From an uncultured bacterium (lineage in GTDB: Bacteria > Patescibacteriota > Minisyncoccia > Phycocordibacterales > UBA9973), in NCBI GenBank assembly GCA_903929735.1, contig CAIYVW010000037.1, forward strand, positions 1 to 45,699: a stretch of DNA of 45,699 bases, written 5' to 3'. Of this stretch, positions 17,205-25,719 are shown one piece after another. The translations under genes and the position numbers were made by a program. Numbering within the stretch: position 1 is the first letter of the stretch; every line of letters begins with the position of its first letter. The notes below the pieces were generated by a model. That model had not been told where the DNA came from and searched no databases. It saw only the letters and a list, made by a program, of their open reading frames with translations.

Positions 17205-19502
17205 ATGCTTATACTTAAACCATTTCAAGAAACAGCAATATCTCAGCTTAAAGACAAGTTTTTAACTTTATGGAAACTTGGTGATACAAATGTTAATTTA
17301 ACTTTCAAATCTCCAACTGGTTCGGGAAAAACAATAATGATGGCTCAATTCTTGAGAGATATTGTTTCTGACCCACGATTTGCAAGTGCAGATGTCGGTT
17401 TTATTTGGATTACAAACTCTGACTCTCTCGCAATGCAATCAAAAGATAAACTTTTTACGTATTACGGAGGAGCTAGCGAAAATCCACTTATTGATCTGAA
17501 CAATCTACGAGATGGTGTTATTCCTAAGAACGGGGTTTTCTTTATAAACTGGCAGAAACTTGTATCAAAATCAAAAGATAATCGTAAACTTCGCACTGAG
17601 GGTGAGTCAAATACCACCTTTGATATGTATCTAGAAAATACACATATACTTAAACGTGATGTTGTATTGATTATTGATGAAGAGCATATTGCTTCCGATA
17701 CAGTTCTTGCTAGTGATTTAATTAAGAATGTTATTAAGCCAAGAATTATAATTGGTGTTTCAGCTACCCCTCAAACAAAAGGTATTACTGTAGATGTTGA
17801 CCGTAAGGATGTTGTACGAGAGGGTTTAATAAAAGAAAAAATTGTATTTCAAACAGCTGAAGATTTAGAAAATAAAGAATATAAAAATATGGATCAGGAT
17901 GATGTTCTTCTTACTTTAGCTTTTGAGAAAAGAAACGAGCTTGTTGAATACTATAAAAAACTTAAGATTGATATTAACCCACTTGTTTTAATACAACTTC
18001 CAAATGACGATAAAGCAAGAAAAGATACTGCTAATATGACCAAGCAAGATTTGGTTATAAACTTTCTTAAGTCAAAAGGAATACTCACTCACGAAATAGC
18101 CGTCTGGCTTTCAGACGATAAGGTAAATCTTGCAGACGTAGAAGCAAGTAATTCACCAGTATCATTTTTACTTTTCAAACAAGCAGTAGCTACAGGATGG
18201 GATTGTCCACGAGCAAGTATCTTGGTGATGTTCCGTGAGATTAAAAATCCTACATTTGCTATCCAAACATCAGGTCGTATTTTACGTATGCCACTTGGAG
18301 TACATTTTTCAGTACCAGAACTTAATCTCGGTTATTTATACACAAACTATAAACGAAATGAAGTACTTGTTGGTTATGCAAAATCTGCTGACCAAAATAG
18401 ACCAGCAATAAATGGAAGTTACAGGAAAACGGCTGTAGAACCAATTGTTCTTGACTCAGTGTTTATGAGCCGTACTGACTATAACGATTTAGGTGATAGC
18501 TTCCAAGAAACTTTCAAAAAGGTAGCAAATAATTATTTTGGTATTTTAGAAAAAGATACAAAAGCAAATGTTATAAAAAAGTTCAATGATAAAAAACTTT
18601 CTTTAGACAAAAAAGTTACAAATGGCCTTATTGTTGATGTTGAGATTGATGACTATGATAATTTCAAGCAGGAACTTCTTTCTGAGGGAAGTAGTTATGA
18701 GCAAGAAATGTCACAGCATGATTTAGAGAGATTATATAATCTTTTCTGTTTTAATATCATATCTAAACAAATTGATGAGGATAAAAAGTTTGCTCCAGAG
18801 CGTTCTTGGGGTAAATTAAAAACCGCCTTAAATGTGTGGCTTCTTGGTCTCCTTAAAGAACAGCGATTACAAATCTATCACATTATTGTAAATGATTTCT
18901 TAAAAGTGAACAGTGTTTTGAGTAGCGTAATTGGTAAAGCATTATCTACATACAGACCAATTCGTGAGCAAGAAATAAATCATAAATCTCAAAGATCCAA
19001 ACGAACTGAGCAAATTGAAATACCAAGACCATCCCTTTTCTATACTGACCAATATGAAGAAATGAAAGTAAAGAAAAGTGCAATGCAACCATTCTTTATA
19101 GAAAAAGATTATACAGGCAAGAAAAATGAGACAAACTTTATTAAATCATTAGAAGAAAATGATAGTGTTCTCTGGTGGTATAAAAATGGTGATTTGGGTA
19201 GTGAGTTTTTCTCTATTCCATATTATGATCCAACAACCAACAAAGAAAGTTTGTTTTATCCTGACTGGGTTATAAGAAATGAAAAAGGTGTTTACATAAT
19301 AGATACAAAAGGTGGTGATACAGCAAAGGGGGCAAAAGAACGTGCTGAAGCGCTCCAAGCGTGGATAAAAAGCAAGAAAGGTTATTATGGAGGTATCGCT
19401 GTCCAAGATGGCTCAAATGGCTGGAAAATCAACGATAGTGCTAAATACGAGTATACTACTGCTCTTAAGGGATGGAAAGATTTAGAAGATTTTTTGAATT
19501 GA
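17205..19502 (+). CDS. res: Type III R-M restriction subunit Res (SF2 helicase plus PD-(D/E)xK nuclease)
   Basis: SPTGSGKT, DEEH, SATP, GWDCPRA, QTSGRILR, FYPDW...DTKG; starts 4 nt after the mod stop. Confidence 0.92.
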   Translation: MLILKPFQETAISQLKDKFLTLWKLGDTNVNLTFKSPTGSGKTIMMAQFLRDIVSDPRFASADVGFIWITNSDSLAMQSKDKLFTYYGGASENPLIDLNNLRDGVIPKNGVFFINWQKLVSKSKDNRKLRTEGESNTTFDMYLENTHILKRDVVLIIDEEHIASDTVLASDLIKNVIKPRIIIGVSATPQTKGITVDVDRKDVVREGLIKEKIVFQTAEDLENKEYKNMDQDDVLLTLAFEKRNELVEYYKKLKIDINPLVLIQLPNDDKARKDTANMTKQDLVINFLKSKGILTHEIAVWLSDDKVNLADVEASNSPVSFLLFKQAVATGWDCPRASILVMFREIKNPTFAIQTSGRILRMPLGVHFSVPELNLGYLYTNYKRNEVLVGYAKSADQNRPAINGSYRKTAVEPIVLDSVFMSRTDYNDLGDSFQETFKKVANNYFGILEKDTKANVIKKFNDKKLSLDKKVTNGLIVDVEIDDYDNFKQELLSEGSSYEQEMSQHDLERLYNLFCFNIISKQIDEDKKFAPERSWGKLKTALNVWLLGLLKEQRLQIYHIIVNDFLKVNSVLSSVIGKALSTYRPIREQEINHKSQRSKRTEQIEIPRPSLFYTDQYEEMKVKKSAMQPFFIEKDYTGKKNETNFIKSLEENDSVLWWYKNGDLGSEFFSIPYYDPTTNKESLFYPDWVIRNEKGVYIIDTKGGDTAKGAKERAEALQAWIKSKKGYYGGIAVQDGSNGWKINDSAKYEYTTALKGWKDLEDFLN

Positions 19503-19512
19503 TTATAAAGAA

Positions 19513-20538
19513 TTATTTTTTATTCATATATTTTGTTGATATTTCGTTAGTTATCTTTCTTGCATTACCGTGACTTAAAAGTCCTAAGTATGACTGAACT
19601 GTATCTATCTTGCCCTCTTTTAGTTTAATACGTTTCCACATTCTACGTTTAGTTACTGTTCTAATTACACGATGATTTGGAAAATGTACCCATCCAAGAA
19701 AATCAATTCCAGAAACCAGTGTGTTTATAGATACTTTGTTATGGTGAAGTGATAACTTAAGCTGTTCTTTAAGAAAATTAGATATTTGAGGAAGTATGTT
19801 TTTTTCAATCCATTCTTTGTTTTCAGACATAACAATAAAATCGTCTGCGTAACGAATATAGTATTTTATTTTTAGTTTGTGTTTAATAAATTGATCAAAC
19901 TCATTCATATAGATGTTTACAAGCAATTGTGAGGTGAGATTACCAAGAGGTAATCCGACATCTTCTTTGGTTGAATGAAAACTTTTAATTATTTCTGACA
20001 AAAGTGAGGTAACGTCGTCATCTCTAATATATTTTTTAATAATTTCAATAAGGATATTCTGGTCAATGGAAGCAAAAAACTTTCTTATATCACCCTTCAA
20101 AACCCACACTGTCCTTGTATTATTCTTTGATACTTTGTTAGAGAAAGTCCTAAATCTTTGTATCGCCTTATGTGTTCCTTTATTTTTTCTACAAGAATAT
20201 GAGTCAGAAGTAAAAGTCCTATCAAAAAATGGATAGAGTACACGATAGATAGCGTGGTGAAGTAATCTGTCTCGTACTTTTGCTTTATGTATACTTCGTG
20301 GCTTTGGGTCAGAAATGTTGAAGGCGTAATAATCAGAATGCTTATATGTTTTATTTAAGAGTTCATTGTGTAGGTCTATTATATTATCCATTAAGTTTCG
20401 TTCAAAATCTAAAACATCCTTCCTTAATTTTTTGTCTATTGAAAACTCTTTCCAAGCAAATAGAAGATTATTAAGAGAAATGATATGTTTATATGTATGA
20501 ATAAATTGAATACGAATCATATTAAAAATAGTGTTCAA
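19513..20538 (-). CDS. DGR reverse transcriptase (start TTG 20538 or ATG 20520)
   Basis: PKPRSI, RDRLLHHA, SYSCRKNKGTH, GDIRKFF, GLPLGNLTSQ, YIRYADDF, GIDFLG; ~340 aa with no maturase or endonuclease domain; adjacent TR/VR pair. Confidence 0.95.
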   Translation of the reverse strand: MNTIFNMIRIQFIHTYKHIISLNNLLFAWKEFSIDKKLRKDVLDFERNLMDNIIDLHNELLNKTYKHSDYYAFNISDPKPRSIHKAKVRDRLLHHAIYRVLYPFFDRTFTSDSYSCRKNKGTHKAIQRFRTFSNKVSKNNTRTVWVLKGDIRKFFASIDQNILIEIIKKYIRDDDVTSLLSEIIKSFHSTKEDVGLPLGNLTSQLLVNIYMNEFDQFIKHKLKIKYYIRYADDFIVMSENKEWIEKNILPQISNFLKEQLKLSLHHNKVSINTLVSGIDFLGWVHFPNHRVIRTVTKRRMWKRIKLKEGKIDTVQSYLGLLSHGNARKITNEISTKYMNKK

Positions 20539-20901
20539 ACTCCAACACTTTTGCCAGTACTACATAAACTAAAAACTGTGTATCTTCTATGGTATAGCTA
20601 TTATCAGATTTTACCCAAAGAACATCGTTATTCTCTTGGAATAAAAATAGATAGCTTGTTTGTAGAAATAATGGAAGCCATCTCTTTGGCTGGATTTCTT
20701 ACTAAAGGAGAAAAACAACCTTACGTAAGATTATCAATCAGAAAGGTTGATACTTTGAAAATCTTACTGATGATTTTATGGGAGACAAAATCTATTGATA
20801 ATAAAAAGTACATTGCACTTTCTGTCCCCTTAGATGAGGTAGGAAGAATGCTTGGTGGTTGGAATGGACAGCTTACAAAACAAAACTCTCCCATCACATA
20901 G
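20485..20901 (+). CDS. avd: DGR accessory variability determinant Avd (four-helix bundle); start uncertain
   Basis: LPKEHRYSLGIKID...LDEVGRMLGGW motifs; basic protein of ~130 aa lying between RT and TR. Confidence 0.88.
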   Translation: MFICMNKLNTNHIKNSVQTPTLLPVLHKLKTVYLLWYSYYQILPKEHRYSLGIKIDSLFVEIMEAISLAGFLTKGEKQPYVRLSIRKVDTLKILLMILWETKSIDNKKYIALSVPLDEVGRMLGGWNGQLTKQNSPIT

Positions 20902-20910
20902 AAAGGAGAG
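20886..20910 (-). other. Hairpin in the TR 3' spacer, antisense to the avd stop
   Basis: Minus strand CTCTCC...GGAGAG followed by TTTTGTTTT. Confidence 0.5.
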
Positions 20911-20922
20911 AAATGAAAAGAT

Positions 20923-21048
20923 TTGCGAGAACAGCAGACGGGTTATTAGCGTTCCAATCATTCTCAAGCCAATTGTAGTTCCAGTTCCACTTACCATCGT
21001 TCCAGTACAAGTACAGGACGTAACGGTTACCGTTAGAGTTCCGAAGAA
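20923..21048 (-). repeat. DGR template repeat (TR), 126 bp
   Basis: Ungapped match to 21407-21532; rich in AAC/AAT codons; all 19 mismatches fall at minus-strand adenines. Confidence 0.97.
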
Positions 21049-21051
21049 ACA

Positions 21052-21269
21052 TATAGAGTATCATCTATTCCACCACCTCTTGAATACTCTCAAGGTTGTA
21101 TATTACTCGTGATAATAATCACTCAATACTCTATACCAAGTATCTTCATTTTTTTGAAGTTTCTGCATACATCACTCTACTTGAAACCTTAATCTCAAGT
21201 ATTCTGAATGTATGGATACTGGTTTCGGTAGCGGAAAATCGTAATCGTCCGCATATTCACCTACTACCG
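21052..21269 (-). ncRNA. Structured 5' region of the putative DGR template RNA
   Basis: Nested helices, e.g. 21052-61/21126-35 (10 bp), 21166-72/21208-14, 21178-84/21195-201, 21226-31/21264-69; extended -10 TGTTAAACT just upstream. Confidence 0.6.
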
Positions 21270-21294
21270 TATTTAGTTTAACACAAAAAAATAA

Positions 21295-21316
21295 CCCCTG
21301 TATAAAAATACAGGGG
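21295..21316 (-). terminator. Perfect hairpin after the DGR target (terminator and/or homing cruciform)
   Basis: CCCCTGTAT-TTTT-ATACAGGGG followed by TTATTTTTT on the minus strand. Confidence 0.65.
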
Positions 21317-21371
21317 CGGAGGATAAAGTACCTCCAATTTTTTTTCGCGAAATGCACAAAGGACAAAGGGT

Positions 21372-22031
21372 CTAAGAAACCAAAGTTTCAGAAACCAGAG
21401 TGCTACTTGCGAGAACAGCAGACGGGCCATCAGCGAACCAATCACGCCCAAGCCAATAGTAGTTCCAGTCCCACTCACCACCGTCCCAGCACAAGTACAG
21501 GACGTAACGGCGACCGCCAGAGTCCCGAAGAACAGTTCCATCAAAGAAAATAAAAGTTGTATTCCCGTTTGTTTTTTCTTTCCATTTTTCAGGAATGAGG
21601 ATTTGGTTTTCCCAAAGTGTTTTGAAAATACCAGCATCCAAACGAATACGATTTGTTTTTTCTTTGAGACGTTTGAGTTTGTCTTCACCTTTAATGATTT
21701 TCTCTCCTTTTTCCAAGGTTGAGTCAAACATAACCTCAGTTAGGTCAATTTCGGTGAGAGCAATTGCTCTTTCGTCTTGTTCTTCAATAGACCATCCGTC
21801 ACCAATAAAGGTTTTGGGATCAAACAGGATAGAGCGGTCAATGCTGATTACCCTTGGGCTATCAACTATAACTTTTCCACCATTTTTAAGGAATGCAGTA
21901 AATTGTTTACCTGCTTCCGTAGGGTCATCTACAATCTTTTGTAAAATTGTGTGTTCCAAGACATCCCAATTAACATTGGTTGCAAGGATTTGGATAACCG
22001 TGTGAGACTGACCAATAGATGGCTTACTCAT
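21372..22031 (-). CDS. DGR target protein with C-terminal variable region (219 aa from ATG 22031; ORF track start 22061)
   Basis: VR encodes LRDSGGRRYVLYLCWDGGEWDWNYYWLGRDWFADGPSAVLA; SD AAGGAGGT 5 nt before ATG 22031. Confidence 0.92.
   Translation of the reverse strand: MSKPSIGQSHTVIQILATNVNWDVLEHTILQKIVDDPTEAGKQFTAFLKNGGKVIVDSPRVISIDRSILFDPKTFIGDGWSIEEQDERAIALTEIDLTEVMFDSTLEKGEKIIKGEDKLKRLKEKTNRIRLDAGIFKTLWENQILIPEKWKEKTNGNTTFIFFDGTVLRDSGGRRYVLYLCWDGGEWDWNYYWLGRDWFADGPSAVLASSTLVSETLVS
21407..21532 (-). repeat. DGR variable repeat (VR)
   Basis: 107/126 identical to TR; minus-strand changes A>G x14, A>T x3, A>C x2. Confidence 0.97.
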
Positions 22032-22075
22032 AATTACCTCCTTTTTTAATAAGAACAACATCGTTCTTGGTTTAT

Positions 22076-22105
22076 ATTATAGCATAATATAACACATTAT
22101 GTCAA
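22076..22105 (-). promoter_or_regulatory. Consensus sigma70 promoter of the DGR target
   Basis: TTGACA (22105-22100), 18-nt spacer containing TGn, TATAAT (22081-22076). Confidence 0.75.
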
Positions 22106-22206
22106 TATGACTAGTTTTTCTGATTTTTCCTTTAGATTTGGTATATAAATATAACCGTTATGTTCCCTTACCCTAGTTCCCACTTCGTCCACTAAATCGC
22201 GCAAAT

Positions 22207-22230
22207 AAAAAGAGGCTTATGCCTCTTTTT
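22207..22230 (+). terminator. Intrinsic terminator, probably the displaced original tRNA-Asp terminator
   Basis: AAAAAGAGGC-TTAT-GCCTCTTTTT directly after the right GCGCA core. Confidence 0.75.
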
Positions 22231-22311
22231 GCTTATTTGACTTAAAGCTAGATTAATAGTAATTTAAGTTTAAATAAACAGTTCTAGTATTAACTTTAAA
22301 TTCTTTGAAAA

Positions 22312-23625
22312 ATGGAAAAGAAACAGTTATTTCTAATAGACACAAATGTCTTTCTTCACGACCACGGATCTGTCCGAAGGTTTGGGAAAAATGACATAGG
22401 AATTCCAATTCAAGTTATAATTGAATTGGATAACTTCAAAAAAGGAAAGGAGCCAATTAATTATTGTGCCAGAGATGTCTTACGTGAGATAGAATCTTTA
22501 CCTAGTAAGCAAATTTATGATGGAGGTGCTTCTCTCGGGGAGAATCTTGGTAAACTTAGAATTATTGTTGGACATCCTTACCACAGCGAAGTTAAGAAAA
22601 TTTTTCCAGAACAAACTATGGATCATTTGATATTAAACGCTGCATACTGCTTGAATCATTCCAAAAAAGTTAAGGAATCAAACACTGAAGTGATCTTAGT
22701 ATCAAAAGATGTGAATCTACGATTAAAAGCAGGGGCTCTTGGATTAATGGCGGAAGATTATCAAAATGATAAAGTTCTTGATGTACCATCCTTATTCGGA
22801 GAAATAAGAAAATTCGAAATAGAGGAAGAGGAAATTACAGAGCTATACACGAAAAAACATATTGAATTCAAAGCCAGAGAAGCATTCTTTCAGAATGAAT
22901 TTATGATATTAAATGCTTCCAAAAGAACAGCCTTATCTTGCTTTAAGAATGATGTTTTTACTTTAATCAAAGATGACCTACGCCCTTTTGGAATTAAAGC
23001 TAGAAATTCCGAACAGTCATTTGCCCTTCATGCACTACTTGATCCAAAGATTTCATTAGTAACAATGACTGGTAAAGCTGGAACAGGAAAAACTCTTTTA
23101 GCTATTGCTGCAGGTTTGCATTTAATGAAAAATAACCAATACGAGCAAATATACTTTACGAGAGAAGCTATGGGGCTTTCAAATAAAGATATTGGTTTTC
23201 TTCCTGGGGGTATAAATGATAAATTATCTCCCTATATGCAAGGACTGCAAGATAATATATCTTTACTTAAAAGTATCAAGGGTAACAAAAAGATCATTGA
23301 AGATTATGAAAAAAGTGGAGAGTTAAAGCTTGAAGCTTTAACTTTCATAAGGGGTAGAAGTATCCCTAATACTTTCTTTATTATCGATGAAGCACAAAAC
23401 CTGACACATCAAGAAGTTAAAACTATTCTTACCAGAGCAGGAGTAGGAACTAAGATAATATTAATCGGAGATGTCATGCAGATAGATACTCCTTTTATTG
23501 ATTTATCATCTAACGGATTGAGTCACGTCATCTCGTCTATGAGAGGTCAGAGTGTTTACTCACAAATAAACTTAGTAAAAGGCGAACGTTCTGAATTAGC
23601 AGAACTTGCTGCTAACTTACTTTAA
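22312..23625 (+). CDS. PhoH family protein with N-terminal PIN domain (PhoH2)
   Basis: LIDTNVFLHD, VSKDVNLRLKA, GKAGTGKT, IRGRS, IDEAQN, GDVMQID, ERSELA. Confidence 0.93.
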   Translation: MEKKQLFLIDTNVFLHDHGSVRRFGKNDIGIPIQVIIELDNFKKGKEPINYCARDVLREIESLPSKQIYDGGASLGENLGKLRIIVGHPYHSEVKKIFPEQTMDHLILNAAYCLNHSKKVKESNTEVILVSKDVNLRLKAGALGLMAEDYQNDKVLDVPSLFGEIRKFEIEEEEITELYTKKHIEFKAREAFFQNEFMILNASKRTALSCFKNDVFTLIKDDLRPFGIKARNSEQSFALHALLDPKISLVTMTGKAGTGKTLLAIAAGLHLMKNNQYEQIYFTREAMGLSNKDIGFLPGGINDKLSPYMQGLQDNISLLKSIKGNKKIIEDYEKSGELKLEALTFIRGRSIPNTFFIIDEAQNLTHQEVKTILTRAGVGTKIILIGDVMQIDTPFIDLSSNGLSHVISSMRGQSVYSQINLVKGERSELAELAANLL

Positions 23626-23652
23626 TCTAAAATCCATTTTAGAACATTTTAA

Positions 23653-23680
23653 AAACCCCAGCACTGTTGTGTTGGGGTTT
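23653..23680. terminator. Terminator between convergent genes
   Basis: AAACCCCAGCAC-TGTT-GTGTTGGGGTTT. Confidence 0.65.
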
Positions 23681-24294
23681 TATATTACATCTAAGTCTTC
23701 AAAAATATTCTGATAAAGTTTAATCACTCGACGCCCTTCTACCTGACTCATAGGGAAATCTGTACCTTCGTGAGCAATCTTATTTCGAATAATATGTGCA
23801 TCCCAAGCGTCTTGTATACTACGATAGCCATTCGAGGTGGCTTCTTCTAAAAGTTCCGCCATTGTATCTCCTACTATACCGCGCTCTTTAAAAGTTTCTT
23901 CAAGAAGACTATCAGCTTCTAGTACAGCAATCCTCCAATCAGATTCATTTGGACTTTCAATTAGTGTAAGAATATATTTCCAACGTGGATTAGAAGTTCT
24001 TTCTAGTTCTTTATCTTTAGCTAAAGCATGATTGATTTCATGTTCAATTTCCATTTTATCAAAAACTTGTATTTCATACATTCGAACAAGAGAAAAGATA
24101 ATTATGAATAATGCTAATATAGAAATGCATACTGAAATAATACCAATATTCTCCCATGTTCTTGGATTTGTTATTGTGGCTACGAAAGGATCAATAGAAG
24201 AAGCAGCCTTATTAAAAACATATTCCATATTCAAATAAGTAGGATCAAATAGAGGTTGAGCAGTTACAGATTGTATAGAGTTTGTTGGTTGCAT
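23680..24294 (-). CDS. Membrane-anchored hypothetical protein with a HEPN-like C-terminal domain
   Basis: One TM segment; AVLEADSLL...AHIIRNKIAHE (RxxxxH). Confidence 0.65.
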   Translation of the reverse strand: MQPTNSIQSVTAQPLFDPTYLNMEYVFNKAASSIDPFVATITNPRTWENIGIISVCISILALFIIIFSLVRMYEIQVFDKMEIEHEINHALAKDKELERTSNPRWKYILTLIESPNESDWRIAVLEADSLLEETFKERGIVGDTMAELLEEATSNGYRSIQDAWDAHIIRNKIAHEGTDFPMSQVEGRRVIKLYQNIFEDLDVI

Positions 24295-24303
24295 ACAAGT
24301 TTA

Positions 24304-25719
24304 TTATACCTGTTTTTCAAAATCTTTCCCAATTGTGAATAGAATATCTTCACGAAATAAAGGTGCCATAATGTGTAAACTAAAAGGCAGACCTATATCA
24401 TTTTTACCAGAAGGTAAAGACATAGCTGGAATTCCTGCGATATTAGCTGGAACTGAAAATAAATCAGACAAATACATACCTACAGGATCTTCTAATTTTT
24501 CACCAAATTTAAATGGCATAAAAGGAGAAGTAGGTGTAATAATAGCATCCACTTCTAAAAATGCTTTTTCAAATTCTTGCTTTATAGCATTACGAACTTT
24601 AATAGCTTTATTATAGTAAGCATCATAATAACCATGAGAAAGAATATAAGTTCCAAGTAGTATACGACGTCGAACTTCTCTTCCGAAACCTTTACCTCGA
24701 CTCTTTGTATAAACATCAAAAAGTTTATCAGCTTCTACATGTAGACCATAACGTATACCATCATAACGAGCCAAGTTACTAGAAACTTCCGCAGGAGAGA
24801 TAATATAGTAAACAGCAAGAGAATATTTTATAAGAGGGAGAGAAATATCAACTATTTCATAACCTGCTTTTTCTAATCTCTTACAATTTTCTTCAAAATT
24901 CTTAATTATATCACTCTCTACTCCATCACCTGTTAAGAAAGATCTAGGTACACCAATTTTCTTTTTAAGTGGCTTGGGTAGAATTCTTTCTTCTTTTTTT
25001 ACTGAAGTACTATCCTTATCATCATAATCATTTATAGCATTAAAAAGTATTTCCGTGTCTTCTGTGTTTTTACCAAAAGAACCGACTTGATCAAGAGAAC
25101 TTCCCATAGATATAATTCCATATCGAGAAACTGCTCCATAAGTAGGCTTTAATCCTACCAAACCACAAAAGGCGGCTGGCTGACGAATAGAACCTCCTGT
25201 ATCACTTCCTAGGGCTACTAAAGCTCCATCCATAGCTAATGCTGCAACTGAGCCTCCTGAAGACCCTCCAGGAACTCGACTAGTATCTATTGGATTTTTT
25301 GTATTTCCATATGCACTTGTTTCAGTAGAAGAGCCCATAGCAAATTCATCCATGTTTGTTCTTCCTAAGAAAACAACTCCTTGATTCTTTAATTGTTTTA
25401 CAATAGAAGAATCATAAGTAGCTTTATAATTTTCTAACATATGAGATGAGGCAGAAGCTATATGGCCCTCAAATAACATATTGTCCTTAAGAGCAATAGG
25501 AATCCCTGTCATTAATGTAGCTGTACCATTTGCAAACATTTGTTCAGCTATCTTAACTTGATCATCTATATCATTATAAATTTCAATATATGCATTTATA
25601 TCTTTATTTTTCTCATTAATAACACTCAGGTAAGCATCAATCAAATCACTAACTGTAAAATCCCCTTTTGTAAGATGATCATGAGCCTTTTTAATTGTAA
25701 GATTTCTTAAATCAATCAT
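24304..25719 (-). CDS. gatA: Asp/Glu-tRNA amidotransferase subunit A
   Basis: NMDEFAMGSSTE, PGGSSGGS, GSDTGGSIRQPA, SSNLARYDG, EVRRRILLG. Confidence 0.97.
   Translation of the reverse strand: MIDLRNLTIKKAHDHLTKGDFTVSDLIDAYLSVINEKNKDINAYIEIYNDIDDQVKIAEQMFANGTATLMTGIPIALKDNMLFEGHIASASSHMLENYKATYDSSIVKQLKNQGVVFLGRTNMDEFAMGSSTETSAYGNTKNPIDTSRVPGGSSGGSVAALAMDGALVALGSDTGGSIRQPAAFCGLVGLKPTYGAVSRYGIISMGSSLDQVGSFGKNTEDTEILFNAINDYDDKDSTSVKKEERILPKPLKKKIGVPRSFLTGDGVESDIIKNFEENCKRLEKAGYEIVDISLPLIKYSLAVYYIISPAEVSSNLARYDGIRYGLHVEADKLFDVYTKSRGKGFGREVRRRILLGTYILSHGYYDAYYNKAIKVRNAIKQEFEKAFLEVDAIITPTSPFMPFKFGEKLEDPVGMYLSDLFSVPANIAGIPAMSLPSGKNDIGLPFSLHIMAPLFREDILFTIGKDFEKQV

Larger units (their letters stand above)
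10164..22203. mobile_element. ~12-kb integrative element at the tRNA-Asp 3' end (serine integrase, Rep, type III R-M, DGR)
   Basis: GCGCA at 10164-10168 and 22199-22203. Joining the ends gives an attP-like IR (CTTCGTCCA / TGGACAAAG) centred on the core and restores an in-frame integrase C-terminus; the empty site places a terminator directly behind the tRNA. Confidence 0.88.

Noticed and set aside
19513-20538. RT as a group II intron, retron or Abi RT
   Set aside because: No maturase/En domain, intron domain V or retron VTG motif seen; the GNLTSQ motif, Avd and an A-specific TR/VR pair identify a DGR
20852-21727. ORFs 20852-21112, 21096-21281, 21172-21366 and 21278-21727
   Set aside because: Shadow frames over TR, the structured RNA and the target gene; no recognisable protein features
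10164-22203. Element as a prophage, inovirus or ICE
   Set aside because: No capsid, terminase, tail, Zot ATPase, small TM coat genes or T4SS genes within the boundaries
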